Positions 38,801 through 53,580 of a DNA stretch of 64,000 bases are shown one piece after another. Source of the DNA: Laetmonice hystrix (lineage: Eukaryota); contig OZ249436.1 in NCBI GenBank assembly GCA_965235115.1, positions 11,472,001-11,536,000 on the forward strand. Direction: 5' to 3'. Position 1 is the first letter of the stretch. Each line of letters opens with the position of its first letter. The notes beneath the pieces are model-generated. The model did not search any database, was not told the DNA's origin, and saw only the letters and a program-made list of their open reading frames with translations. Both the position numbers and the translations under genes were made by a program.

Positions 38801-40699
38801 TAAACTGAGCATACTGCATTATCCGTTTGAAAGATAATTACGGTACATGTCTTTGTGCATAGAATTCAACGAAAAGTCAATAGTGATACTGTTTTCATTG
38901 ACTCTTTTTCTTTCGCATAATGTCAGTGAATGAAGCAGAGCCAGGTAGAGCTTTCCCCACCATGTCACTCCCTTACCGACAAACAGGATTCATTAATTGA
39001 CTGCCCTGCAGACTAACTCTGGTTTATTGAGCAGATGTTACATATTTCACCTCTCGGTCAGTATCCAACTACGTGATTTTCCCACCCTGAGGTATTCCAT
39101 GTTCCTCTGATCCCGGTAAATAACGATAGTTCTGAATCAACAAATACTGTATTGATCAGCATAACACCTAAATTGATCTGTTTTGGAAAGAAATGCAAGG
39201 CTGAAACATACATTACATGCAGGTGTTATACCCATGTTAACTTACGCAGGCTTGTACACACTGTCTGCCCGGTAACAGTGCATAATACCCTTGTAATCTC
39301 GAGCAGAGGGTATATTATCATCAATTTACCTCAGAGCGTGTGTAGGTACGCTATGTGCTGGCACAGAGCTCCTTGATTACTTCAATTTTCACAATTCCAT
39401 GAATGTGTAAACTCCAACTGTACTCCTTGAGTCCCAGGTGATTTCTGGCGTAAAGTTTAACACCTTCCTTGGCGCATTCCGTGTCCCTCAACAAACTTCC
39501 TCTCCTGTGCTACTCTCGAGGTATATGTTTCTACTTAATGACTTCAGTCCATTCACTGCCACCTCGTGTATATGCATATCCACGCTCAAATGCTGCACAT
39601 TTCACAAGACTTTAGCTGTGACTTCTTGCAATGCAGGATGTCTCACCTATCTTCCCCTGGTTCAACTGGCCCGCACTTTGAACCCACTCCTGACCCAGTG
39701 AAGCCAGGCCTGTCCGCCCTAGGCAAGTCCTCTTCCCCCAAGCAACCGGCATGGGTAGTTGCAATGACTCACTCTGATTATCACTGAAGTCCACAAACTT
39801 CTGCCCTCAGGCTTTTTGGACGTTTTTTGTTTTCAAATTTGAGATATTTAGGTCGTTTTCAGTTAGAATTCTTGACCTGCTTCCACTACGGCGGCAATGC
39901 CACTTAATTCTTGCCTCATTGTGGGGTGTGAATATAATTGCAGTGTAACTTGTGGGCTTGGGCTTAAAATACATCACTACATCGCTGAATATGTATTCAT
40001 GTGTTCAATGTAGTGAGACATTGCTTTTTTCATATTTCAATGTCTGGCTGCTTTGAATTCCACAATGAGGGAAGTCTACGGAAAAACTGCAAGCTAGCCG
40101 TTGCACCGTCACAGCCCTGAGGCTGAAAATACTGATGCACTGGCCCATTACATGCGCTTAACAAATTCCTTTAAATCTTAAAACTTTAATGTGCGCAGTG
40201 TGGCCATAGTGAGACCCCGGAGCAGTTTCCAATGGTTGAACTAGAGTCTTTCAGTATAATCTGTATGACCTTGGGCTCCAACAACTGTCGGTAAACAGAT
40301 GTGCCAGTCCTAAAAGTCTCATCGGTAATCCTAATAGATCACCATTCACCTACATCTGAAACCCGCCACGTATCACCTAATACAGGGCTGGCCAAACCGT
40401 ATAATGTGCCCTTTTAAAAGGATGAAAAGTGGTTTGATACTGGCACGATAATCAGATAATGTTATAGTTTTGTACACAAACTTCTGACTGGATCAGATTC
40501 ATACTTACATAAGTTAGACAGTACAATGGGTGGTCTTCACGGTCTAGATTCCTTCCGTTCTGTCGTTTATGTTATCTTTGCGCTGTGTATCAAAGAGTAT
40601 AGTATCCCCTCTGAGCAGGAAAACGAAGGTGTATCAATCGGTATCAGTTCTGTGATCTCCCTCCAAGAAAACATACAGGATAAACTTGACTCCCATCTG

Positions 40700-40800
40700 C
40701 CACTGTACATAAACAAATAAATGTGAAACATTGGGTAATAATACACCTTGTTTCACATCGCTGATAACTGAAAATAAAGACGTCGATATGCATGACCAAT
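40700..40800 (-). pseudogene. Decayed non-LTR retrotransposon reverse transcriptase fragment
   Basis: TSLFSVISDVKQGVLLPNVSHLFVYV resembles the LINE RT motif FxVxxGVxQGxVLSPxLFxxY. Confidence 0.4.
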
Positions 40801-43800
40801 TATCAGATTGGCTCCATGCAGCTGTACAGCCAATGGCTACGATCCCCAGGTAAGGGTTCAATAGTGATTGGGCTGCTACATCAGCATACATGTGTGCTGG
40901 CCAGTCAGGTGTTCCATTCCAGCACACCTGCGAGGGCTGAGCGTGATGTTTTCCCACCCGCTATCCCACCCCCAGCGGGCCCTGCTCCCATCACGGCCCT
41001 TCATGGCTCGACGCCAGCAGACGTCATGCAAACAACCAACTCCATTACTGCCATCCACTGTAGCATGTCAAATACCAATCTACAGCATCAGAGGCTGTAG
41101 CCATTTAGAACTTTCACCAGGTCATGTATGCCATATGGGGAGGCAGGGTGAGGGAGTACCAACTGGCGGCTAACAGAGGGAGAGTTCTGGGAGAGCTCGT
41201 TCTGCTTCAACACGCCAGACTCATCGGGAATTAAACTTTACTGGCCGAGTCGGTAAGAATTCTTCTGAAGAACTCACAACATTTTATTATAGTTTTGTCA
41301 GGGAAACTGGCGGTGCTAATTGAAATTGTCTTTTGTACAGACCCAAGGCTGCTATTGCATGGCAACTCTCAAAGTAAGATATTACCGTACGACTGACCAG
41401 TTCAAAACTTAACCATTATATAATACAAGCATGAAATCACAAAAACTGTATCTGTCCTTGTACGATCCTGCAATTAAAACCTTGGATTTTGCTGGAGGGA
41501 TTCACTGACGTAGAGGCTGCAAGTAACGTTACCTGTGTACCTGTGTATTATGTGCATATCTGAATACAAAATGTGGCTTACTACAGAATTGATTGATTCT
41601 TCATTTCATGTATCAAAACTGAATGCTCCACAGCATGGTGACATTAATTTGACACAGGACACTGCTAGAATTAGGGAAGAACCCATCTCATGATGAAGGT
41701 GATATTAAACCGAAATTATGTAGAGAATCAATATCACTAATATGGTGACACATGGGCCTCAACATCATAATTTGTTGTAGATTATTCAGGAAGTTAATTA
41801 AAATATTGCACATTAATTAAAAATCTGACATAAGTATCTTTACGTGTGTTTTTGTAAAGGTGAGTCATATTCAACATAAATATTTATAACCTACATTTAC
41901 TGTTACCAACACCTAAATTAGCATAAATTTGAATTAAAAGTTAAAACAGAAACCCCGATAAGGTACCGACAATACCAGTGGAAACACCATTTTTAATTTT
42001 TCACCTGCTGCTATTAAATCAAGACGCATTTTGGAAATAATGGATATGGAAATATAAATACAATGAAAATGTACTCCCGTCTTCCCCAGTGACTTTCTTT
42101 CGAATATTTTACGAATATGTCACAGTATTACGTTTGTACGCGGCCATAAAGACGAGTACGTGTATTGGCCCCTCGACAACTGAGGATGGGGACATTACTA
42201 AAGTGCACAGAAAAGTTTAATGTCCGATAAAAGTAGCGAATCTGTCGAGTCCAACATTGAACAACCCTACTCATCACATTATTAGGTGAAGATTCCCGCC
42301 GAGCCTGCATTCAAGGCAAGGCAGGTTAAACGCAATGTGTTTTGTGAAGATAAAATTTCTGTGACCATCCACTTGGGAATGCCGCTTGAACATCTTCCCT
42401 CAAACTTTCCTTCTGGGCTGTTGAGTTACCTGGATACTTCTCGAAATAGCTCGACGTACTAAATTTAAAAGGGAGACGACAATGAAGCCATGCATTGTAT
42501 TAAAATAGGACTGTTGCAGTGCGGAGTATTCAAACATCAGGGTCGCTAACAAAAGAAAACTTAGCCGCCCATGACCAGTGACCATTGTACTGACTGCTTG
42601 ACCTCACTAACCCGTGGGCAGGCCCCCCTGGTCGCGTGACCTTTGACACGTTAATCGTCTCCCCAGGTGGCCGAGACACCCAATCCCCTCCCCCGGGTCT
42701 TACATACTGCCGCCCCGGTGTCCTCTTTATCATTGCGTCATTCCGTCAAATATTACCGGCTTCTTGGTCAATATTACCAACAATCATTGTTCCCTATTTG
42801 CGCAAGCCTTTTAAAGTCTTGGATCTGTCAACTAATAAGGACCCATTTTTATCAAGAAACAAGTCAACTTCAAACATTCATCTGTCTGCCCAATGATTAT
42901 GTGCCTCGCAGCCCCCTCTCTTGAATTCTGCGGATCGTTCAACACAACTTCCCAACATCTTCTTTCTGCTTGAGCCAGCCAAGGGAAATTTGTTACATGA
43001 TTATCTTCATTCAAACACTACCCTCGAGATATTTCCTCAGAAGAAAAGATAGGCAATTTGGGGTGACATACTCAAGTGAGATCTGCGGCTGCCAGCATAA
43101 TTCACATTCCAGGATCCCGTGAAACAAAAAGACCTTTTCAAAAAGACCAACGCCGCCTTTCAGCTGGTGTATATAAATACGCCCACGACCAACCTCTTCT
43201 TTTATTTGCATTTCTAAGTTTTTCATTCCTAAGACATGAACAAAAAAGAGAGAATCGGTGGGCATCATTCAGGCTGACAGATAATGCCCGGGGGAATCTT
43301 TGTAGTACTGCACCGAGCATATAAAAAATCCCCGGTGAATACAATGTGATGGCCAAACGACACTGGGAACTGATGATATGGTATCCCAACATTACCGAGT
43401 CGTACCGCTGGTCACTGAGGTATGAGACGTTCAGAATGACTGACTGAATGTAACGGATCTCTCATAGATTACGTGGTAAGCCACCTTGGCTGCCAACATG
43501 AGAGGTACTTGATAGTATAAAGGTTTAATGGTTTCACATTCTTACCCGTTATGGGACTACCTGCGACTGGTCTTTTCTTAGGTCCTTGTGATTATTATCC
43601 TGAGCGTTAACTTACATATAAACTGGCTAGTAATGGTTTCATGAACCACGACCGCCCCCCCCCCCCAACCTCCTGTTTTACTGCCAGAATCGTTATAACC
43701 GCCCTTACAACACATGGCGTCGAACCTAACGGGACAGCTGTGTTGTGGTTATGGTCAAAGCATTAGTGCCAGTGCAAAACTTAGCTTATGTTAGTGACCA

Positions 43801-46800
43801 AAAAGAATTGTTTATCTTACATTTTAACCAATTATAAATACGATAAACATAATGAAAACATTTTCAATCCGTTGGAATCCCAAAAGCCCTTGACAACCTG
43901 CCAGTCCTTGCTGTGACCAATCCTCAATTACTATTGTCACATACTGGTATAAATATAAAAGTTAAGTCTTATCCCACAACATGACTTAACTCCATAAGTC
44001 GATTTTAACCCGGTTTATTATGTCTGGAAGGAGCCAGTTGACTGGGAGTGAGTGAAGTCTTTGTATAGTAACTGACCGAGTCTGGCTACCTAACCGTCCC
44101 ATCTAGATGAGACATTCCACACGCCCTGGAGATGTGCACAACATAATTCCTGCCCGGATTTTCCTAAAATCAAATCTATCCTCTGTTTGAATATTGTGTG
44201 GGATTTCAGTGTTTATAAGAGCAAGCGCTCAGTTCGTGCCGGCGGTTCTTTACTACACCATTCTGCAATGACCTTCCACCTCTGACCCCGCTGTCAGGCT
44301 GAAATGTCTGCTTGATGACGCAGGGTTAATGGTCGGCAACTGACCGTGACCAGCCGTGGCAAGTGTCGCTTATTCTTGTCACAACTACTTTTTATACGGT
44401 CAGTTGACTGGCAGCATTCCTTTTTACCTTGCAATTGGCATGTGGGAGTATAAGAATTCGTGAAACTTGAACAAGGAGAAAGAAAGATCCAAGCACGTTT
44501 TCTCTGCCGAAGAAAACATTTGTGCTATTGTCAAATAAACCGTATAAACCTCTGGTACACATCGAATATATGCGTGAGACCTATGTCCTTTGGAAACAAC
44601 GGCTTGCGGCAGCACCATAAAAAAAGTACCCATACTTTTTTTTACACTTAATGCATTATACCTTCAAGATATTTTTCTTGTGCATGGAGTTTATCTACGA
44701 GCAACTGTTGCCCATTTTTTACAAGAGACTGCATTACCAATATATTACCTCGCCCCCTCCCTCCCACAAAGTCTGGCCCCGTACACCTGCATCATTACCT
44801 GTCACGTGTACACCTGTAATTACATCACAACCAGTGTTCGTCTTATTGTTTCTGACTACAGGTGTATAGTGAAAACAGGTACCAGATCCCCTAACACTTG
44901 CACAAACCTACTTTTCTCAGCTATAATGTCTGCCCTGATGCTTTTTTTCTTCCAGTGACACAGAACGATAAACACTGAAAATGAAAAAGATCCAGGGCTC
45001 GAGCCCTTATACTGAATGCGTCGATTCAGCTTGGGAATGGCCCAGCTTGATTCAGAAGGGAAGTGGACGTGCCTCTGAATATACAATAAACAGATCTAGT
45101 TTATGCACAGAGTCAGTCAGTGTCTGTCTCCGTCCTTTGCTGACATAGCAGTGTCACCTTTGCTGGGCTGTGATCAAAACCTAGATGTTTGTTTTTTATG
45201 AAACCCTTCTTAACGCTTTCCTAGCTCACAAGTACATGTCTCGTATGGGCGTAGGTAAGGCACATGGATCCACGCAGAAGCCACTTGGCAGGCTTACAAA
45301 AGGAAACCGTCCCAGTAGATCCGGCCTGTTGACTCTGTGTTTGGGGCGACAGGTATCCTGATAGTGCCCATGGTGTAACTTTGGCAGGTGGGCATCACGG
45401 TTATTGTGATGTGCAAGAAATGAGGACAACGATAAAGGTGTCTGGCAGGTCATGCTGGGTAAATGTTAGGGTTAGTCCCTGCCTCTTTATCACATCCATC
45501 AGAAAGCCATTCTATCAACGCTTTGGCCGTACGTTGGTCTTTGGACCGGAATGAAGGCAGTGTCATTATTTTGTACTTCAGCATCAAAACAGCATCTTTG
45601 TACAACTTTGTCAGGAAAGAAGGCCAATAACAACTCTTGCATTCGTGTCCAAGAATTTAGGAAGGTCTTTGGAATGTCTCACGGAAGCAGTCAATATGGA
45701 TCGTGAGAAAGCACCATGAACTATTAATACTTTACAAGCGATTCTACAGAAAGAAAACCGCATGCCCTTGTCTCAAATTAAAAATTCTGGTTTTAATGTT
45801 TAGATAGCAATTCTATTTCCGTCACTTCCTATAAAAATCACGCTGCCAAAGCACCAGGGGTCCGTTACTAAGTGACACAATCGCCTCCATATGACTGAGG
45901 ATTTACGTGGGGATCCACCTTAGTGAAAAGATCCCTAGCACCTGGATATAGAAACAACTCTAAGTTTAGTTTTGTTCCCAAGTCTAATTCCTAAAGATCC
46001 AACTAAAACGTCGTTGTCTGGTTAACCATGAAGAAATCGTGGTTTCTATTGCAAGGGCTCACCTGAGGCTCTCACATTGTACTTAACTCACTATATTTTG
46101 GTCTTAAAACATTTTACACACTGGTCGGACAGATGTTCCATTTTCCTTCCATTGAAAGGTGTGTGATTGTTAGTTGTATGTGTGTTATGTGCTTGCCCAA
46201 CTCCGCATCTACGGATTACATGGCCACTACTATATCCTAGTAAACATCTCCAAGCAAAGTAATCACGCAAACGTTGAAAAAAAACATCTTTGGAGCTTTT
46301 TGTCAAAGCGTGTTGTCGTCACTTGTCTCAGTTTTGACACATGACCAGATTGCCTGTTCCTGCTACAATGACCTGCGCCTAAAACCCAAGGAACCCCCCC
46401 GCTCCTCTCCCTAACCCGGCCCCAGCACCAGCTTCACCGTACTCCCACTCGCCATTTTCATGAACCAGGTCAGGCATGGAAGGTGGAATGTATGATCATG
46501 ATAAATACCCTAGCACACTCCGCAGTCAAACACCCTGATACTGCCCTTGAAAAACATATCCAGACCCTAAAAAGATTATTACAAACTGCGTACAGGTGGG
46601 CGTATACCGTTATACTGTTATAGAGCACGAATCCTGCTTTAGTTGCCAGGTCAAATATTTCTCAATCTTGACCTGTGACGTACACTTGGTATAATATATT
46701 CGTGTGCAGCAACTGTGGCTGCCTGACACATAGTTTGGAACTAGTAACCGTAAAATGGTATTGGTCCATTGTACTCCCATGCATCACTTCATGACATAAT

Positions 46801-49800
46801 GGGTGTACGCTAAGCCACATTGCATGTTTAATCGGGCATGGCGACATGATAAATATGAACCATAACTTAAGGTTGATATAAACAGCAATACTGCCAATAG
46901 ATTCATGCATGTCATAGAGCAATCACTGCTAAGTTTTTTTTCGTATTCTCACGTAAACGTGTGAGAGAAGCAGTTTGAGTAAGAAGAAAGGCCCGAATGT
47001 TATAATTTTGCTTAGGTTTTCAAAATTGAAATCGTATATCTAAGCCTTATTGTGAGCTCCTTTCGTCAATTTCTGTCAGGAATAGAAACACACAATTTTT
47101 TCTAGAGTTGAAGAAACCATTTTGTCTGTGAGTGAAGTAGGCCTAGATCTACACCTGACATAGGCCTACATTTCCATGAAAGATTTTTATCTAAATTGGA
47201 GTTTCCTTTACTTGAGAGAACCTGAAGGTAGAACGTAACTGCTACCAGGTATCGGCTTCCTTGTAAAAGTTCTGTCACTCAGATTCATAGGACAGATACA
47301 AGTATCATGAGATTCCGGAGGGCTCTTCCTTATTTGTTACAATAACCGGGGGGGGGGACTTCAGAACGAAACGAAGCTAATGTTCCTTACCTGCTTTCCA
47401 ATCGCCACAAGACGATTTTCATAGGATAAAATTTATTCGAGAAGCGCAATTTTTCTTCCATGTGTTCGATTCCCTACATCGACAATGGTTAGGTTACATA
47501 ATGTTTGCTCGACTGATATATTGAAGAATTCCGTTAGCTTCATTGTCTTCCATCGCATCCAGAAAATAACACATAAATCAAAGTGCACTACAACATATAG
47601 CCTACACCAGACGGTCATTGCTTATCTGACAGTGGAACAATGGCTTACGATTGGATAATGACGGTGGCTCCGGGCAGAGGTGATCGGTGGGTAACGTGAC
47701 CCCTGCTTCTTACCGAGCACCCTCGGGCAGGTTAGACCAGACAAGGTCTGGCACAGACAGATGGTCTGTTTGTGAAGCTACAGTCTACTTCCGTCTGATC
47801 TTATCTGTACGGCTTCTGGTCAAACCTAATCATTATAAGGTTTGGAAACTGCTGGGCGATATACAGTGGCAGTTCTCTACTAGGATTGTTGTAAATTAAG
47901 AACACCGACTAAGCTAGCAGAATATATGCTTCTACCTAGGACCGGCTGGGGCCCTGCTAGCATGACTCGGGTCAGCATTAATTATTTACCACTAACGAAC
48001 ACGGCCCAAACTCTGTAACTTCCAAATGGTCGTCCACTGAACCACCTCTAACTGACGGTGAATCGTCCCATTTACTTTAACTTGTACCGTAAAGTTCCCA
48101 GATCACATGCTACATGTGAGAAGTACTTCTGGAATATTTCAGCATATCACCATGGCCAGTCTAAGAAAAGACATTTAGCATATTTAAAATGTTAGCACGG
48201 GTGACGTCCCTCCAAGACGTCTTTAAAACAACTTATTATACTTAGACACGGTTATTTCAGAGCTTGGTTTGAAAGTCGTAAACCTTCTATGGATGCTGCT
48301 ATAGAAATCCCTAAAAAGTCTGACAGCGTGGTTGCGTTTGAAAACATTTCTCTTCTTTTTGCGGAAAATATTCATTAGGGTAATACTTCACGGAACTCTG
48401 ATCTACTATCCATAACTTCCCACGGTGAAATGCCCTTTCAGAAAAGAAAGAAGTAATCCCATAGTTTTCCATAGAATCTGCCATTTTGTAGAGGAAAATT
48501 TGAAGAGTGTAATGCGATTTGAATTTCCTGCTAAAATGGGATTCGGGATACAATCTTCAGAGTATACATTCTTGCTGTGGATTTAAAGTTTCTCAAAATG
48601 TCATTTTATGGAGTCATCAAAGGTTGAAACCGGCAGTCACACCTTTGCAAAATATCATATGGCATGGACTCCAGATCAATTTGCACGGATAAAAAGGGAA
48701 AATTCGAGTTCCAACATAGGTCAACATCAAATAGGTAGGCTTCAGAACGTCATGAGATGCGTCACATATGTAAAGTAAGAAGAGCATTTCCTTAATATTT
48801 TAATATATTCAGAGACTTTTGTTTGTCAAAGTTGTCCTATTACCAAGCAAGTAGTAATGAGTAGTGCTCTCTGAGTCAGCGGTATTCCCTATGACTAAAC
48901 ATTAGGCTGATTCACATGTTCTATTTATCATGTGATCCTAAAGTAAAAAAGACGCCATGTGAACTATGTCATCCTAAGAACCGAATCTGGACCACTTTTA
49001 CTTAGCAACTCCCATATTGGTTTTGCCTCAGTCACCCTCCACCTTGCACTCTGACCTTTTCCTACGTTCAGGAAGATCTGACAGGGACGTCTAGAGGACA
49101 GGGGTCAGCCTATGTTGAGGTGCCCTCTGTCAGGTTAACGGTAAATGGGGTAAGGATGTCAAACATCTCAGGTTCCTGTCTTCTTTACTCTGTCAGTAAA
49201 CACCAAAAGGGAAAGAACGAACACAACGTTTTTGCAAGATACCACTGGAGAGTGGCAAATAGGTAACTTTTCTTTCCACCATGTTTCTTGCAGTCTTCTT
49301 CTTGTTTAAAAGCAGGTAGTTGTACACAACAGACTCGGACAGGTGTTCCTTGTTGGTAATATTGATATTAGGTGGATATTTATTGGAGACTCAATGAAGC
49401 ATTACTCTGGGTAAATTATCCGTCATGAATGACCTCCATTTGAGTCAGACAACCTGAAATCAGGTCATGTTATGATATCAGCTAATATAAAATACGGCTT
49501 ACATGTCTTTATAACACGTTATTGACATCATGACAGACATATTTCGATTAGAACAAGCACCTGTCTGGTTGAGACCTTGGTAAGTCAGTGAGAGTAAAAA
49601 AGGGAGCTGTGACCAGGACATGTGAAGTTCATTCTGTGTACCTGCAGACAGAGAGCAAATATAGACATGGGTCTCTGGCAGCCGCTGGGTCTACGTCAGT
49701 GGCTGCCGGGCAAGCCGCTATGTCCTCAACTCCACTGTCCACGGCAAACACACCCCGACTTGGGTCCAGCAACAACCAAACACCAACGACCAGCTGCATG

Positions 49801-52800
49801 GCCTCTGTCACCGGCCCACTACGCCACTTCAGTTGACACTGGTAAAATCGACAGAAAACCCGGGGAGATAACCATGGTTACCACATCAACAACTTATGTA
49901 ACGTGTACAGACGGCATTTTCGCTCGTAATGAATGACGTGTAGTGATGCGCTCTATCGAAATTCTGTAGTTTGTGCGTTTCTTCTTCAATATGAAAATAC
50001 AGTTAGATTTTGTGAGACTTTATCTTATAACTTCTGATTATAGATCCAACTGAAAGAATTTTGTCGGGAAAGACAGGCCCTTACAAAGCACATCACTAGA
50101 TTAAGCTTCCTTTACTCTCATGTCGAGTCTAGTTCCATCCTTCGAGTTGGTAAAAGAACCCCTCAGTAAATATTAGCTCGGCTATTGTACATACATCTAA
50201 TTAGTCCCAGTAGCAGCGTATATTCTGTCCTTCAGTTTGCTCTGCTCCGCATTATCTTACAAATAATCCTCACTGTCCGAAAGGACAGTACTTGGGTAGT
50301 CACTAAATTCTTCTATGTCAACCCTATAAGTTGTCACCCTGAATAATTTCTGTTGACCTGTGAGGCCTCTGTCCAGAAACACTATTCTAAAGGATGATAC
50401 AGGTTGAGCGCTTGAATTGGACACGTTATAACTCGGCCGGTGTCATGCAATGGGCGAGTCCAGTTCCTCCTTGTCTCTAACAGATCTTGCAGATGTCCTT
50501 TGAACATTGGGTCCTTCACAGAAGGTTCTACATGAAGTTATGCCCTCTGTCTTTCCCGACACCTTTCTGTCACCTGCCGGTATGCGAGCAAAAAGATAAA
50601 TATTGGTCGCGTTCCATGAGCGCTGGCGGCATTCCCTTCTCTTGTCTCCTTTCAGCAAACAACGTTGGCAGCATTTTTATTTCAACATTGATTTTGAAAC
50701 CTCAAAAGGCAGTTTTTGCAACTACCGTAAACGGTAAAAACACGGAAAGATGCGGGAAGAAAAAGATGCATAATCATAATGAGATGAAATATTTGTGCCA
50801 TATTGGAGATATAGTTACAGTGGGCTACACCAGTTATTGGTAGACAAAACTCGCTGAATAGGTTCCCAAACATAGTCTTTGACGTGGTGAGTGGAGTTTG
50901 CCTTTGACGGACAGTTATAATCAGTCTGTCAGTATTCATAAAGTCAATGGCTATCTCTCCTCCACCAGACATAAGGCTACATACACTGGGTCTGAATAGA
51001 CACAGGTGATGTTATACCCGTCTGTGTGCGTGTGGCAGTTTTGTGAAAGCTGGAAAGGCAAACAAACAAACATGGCGCGCCCCAATAGTGTTTTATCCCA
51101 TCATGACAAGCCCTATCCTTTTCATGATATGCACAAGTCACCATATAATGCACAAGTCACCACGACGCCCTAAATTAAAAAAAATCAGAACCACTAAATC
51201 AATTGTTGGCAGCTGAGTATATGCACGACTGACAAGTGACTTTTGACAACTTTAGGGGGGGGGGGAATAGAAATCTCTCGTTTGACTTACCTGCCAAAGG
51301 TTTGTGTTTCCACAGCTTGCTTACAGGAATTTTCCCTTTACTTTTATTTGTTTTAACGTACACTGACACTGATTCTCTCCACACGTCAGTAACAAAAACC
51401 TGTGATACTCCTTTTCATCTTAAGTTCCAAGGTGCTGTATAGGACGCGTATGCTTGTATCAATGCGGGCACTCAGCTTGATGCTCAGTACAGGAGTACTA
51501 TTACCACAGATACTGCCGCAAATCTCCTCCACTCGAGATGGGCAGCCTCTAATAGTTTCACCTGTCTCCCCGTCCCGCACTGGGGGCCGCCACAGCCAGC
51601 CTGCCAGCCTCTCATTAACTACTTGTCATTGCCAGCATTTTCACATCATGTTATCCCAAATCGGTAATTCATGTTTGCCATCATCATGTGCACGGGGCCC
51701 AGGCCCGATGGCATTGCCTCTGCTACTGCTGCACTCGGCGCTACCATTGACACAGATCCATTATCTGTGCTATTGACAGCAGTCTGTTCCAACTACGGTC
51801 AGGATGATTTGAGGTGTTTCTAAATTACCGGTGATTATGTAATCACAATCAGAGGTAGTTATTTCATGAAAAACAGGAGTGACCTGGGGTATGCGTCAGG
51901 TCCACTGAAATACAGGGCAACGCGATACCTCCCTCTTATCATTTCTGGGTTCCAGTTTACCCCCTAACCCTAGAGTTCAAGTTAACCTCCTATTATATTT
52001 TACCTGGTGTTAAAGATATTACCTGCCGTTAATAACAAGAAAATATGAATTTGACTCTCATACGTGAATAAAAAAGGACAAAACTGTCACAGCTCATTCA
52101 TAGAAGGTGGGCGGATTAATACAAAAAGACCACACTCCAGGCTCTAGCCAACATTTCTTGACATTTTCACCTATATGTGACTGTGCATTGTACTTGTTGA
52201 AATGTTCAGGATCGAAAAGTGTCTAGTGAAAAACATAAGTCAAATATTTAAGATCCCTTACGATTGCGATAGGCGTCCTTCTAAATAGGGCACCCATCAA
52301 AATGACTCGTTGAACTTACGACCAATCATAGTCGAGGCCGACGTAGTGTGAACGAGGTGGCCCGACACCCCCACACCGTCAACGACCCGTGACTGCACGG
52401 TGACGTATACCTGTGTCACCTTCAAACCTCAGCCAAACCTATGTGATTGTGACACAGATACGTCAAGTACATTTATATAATCAAATGATGGTGGATAACA
52501 TTTTACTTTTCCTTTGAGTTCGGAGCAGTTTCCACCTGTAGTACAAAGTACACTTTATTAGAATCCAATTTTGAATTTGGTAGATTTTGACATCGATTTC
52601 CCGGCAAACCTAAGGAAAACATACCATAGATGTGGCTTTACCATGTAAGATGAACATAATACAGAAAGTATTCTCGGTAATTATCAGTGACGTTTCCTTT
52701 ACAAAATATCTTTGGGTTAAGATGTATGATTGATGAGTAAGATTAGGAGTAAACTTACATTATAAATCATTCAACGTGCATGGATTATGATAATTTCGCA

Positions 52801-53119
52801 CCCAGATCCTAGAATCTGCCCCTGCACACCCGGTGGGGGGGGGGGGGGGGATAATGCAGTATGAATAACAACATAATAACAAAAGCTTGTAACTGTCACA
52901 TGTCCCAGTTTCAAGCTCGGTCACATACTTGAAATGGTTCTCAAGGATTGAATAATGGAATCGTCACACCACTGCACAACCTAAAAGGAACTGCGACACA
53001 AAAAGCTGACTAACCGTCTGCCATTATGGATCTGAAGTGAATGTCGTCTACCTGTTAAATCAAGGTAGGTCACTTTGATGGATAAAGACATTATAGTAAC
53101 GTCCAAAACGGAATGAGAA

Positions 53120-53580
53120 TGAAATGAGGCTAAAGGACCTGCATGCCAGCCTTCAAGTTGAGTCTGGGGACAGTGAGGTACATTACTTAATTGAAATGAG
53201 GCTCAATGACCTGCAACCCAGTCAAGGCGAGTCTGAGTGAATGAGGCCAATTGAGCTGCGTACATACCAGTCCACAAGGCGAGTCTGAGTGAATGAGGCT
53301 CAATGGCCTGCAAACCCATCCTCAAGGGGTATGACTGAATGAGGCTCAATGGCCTGCGTGCATACTACTCCGCGAGGCGAATCTGGTTGAATGAGGCTCA
53401 ATGGCCTGCGTGCTACATGCCAGCAAGCCGAGCCTGAGTGAATGAGCCTCAAGGCAAGTCTGGTTGAATGAGGGTCGATCAATGGCCTGCATATCAGTCT
53501 GCATGTCGCGTCTGAGTAAGAGGCTGATTGAATGAGGCTCAATGGCCTGCATACCAGTCTGCAAGGCGAGTCTGACTGAC
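53120..53580. repeat. Degenerate minisatellite (~45-70 bp units)
   Basis: About 8-9 recurrences of gaatgaggctcaatggcctgc...aaggcgagtctg with irregular spacing. Confidence 0.85.

Noticed and set aside
47385..51300. Isolated CAG|gtaag sites at ~47390 and ~51290 (minus) as further recursive sites
   Set aside because: Good donors, but no adequate polypyrimidine tract in front of the AG.
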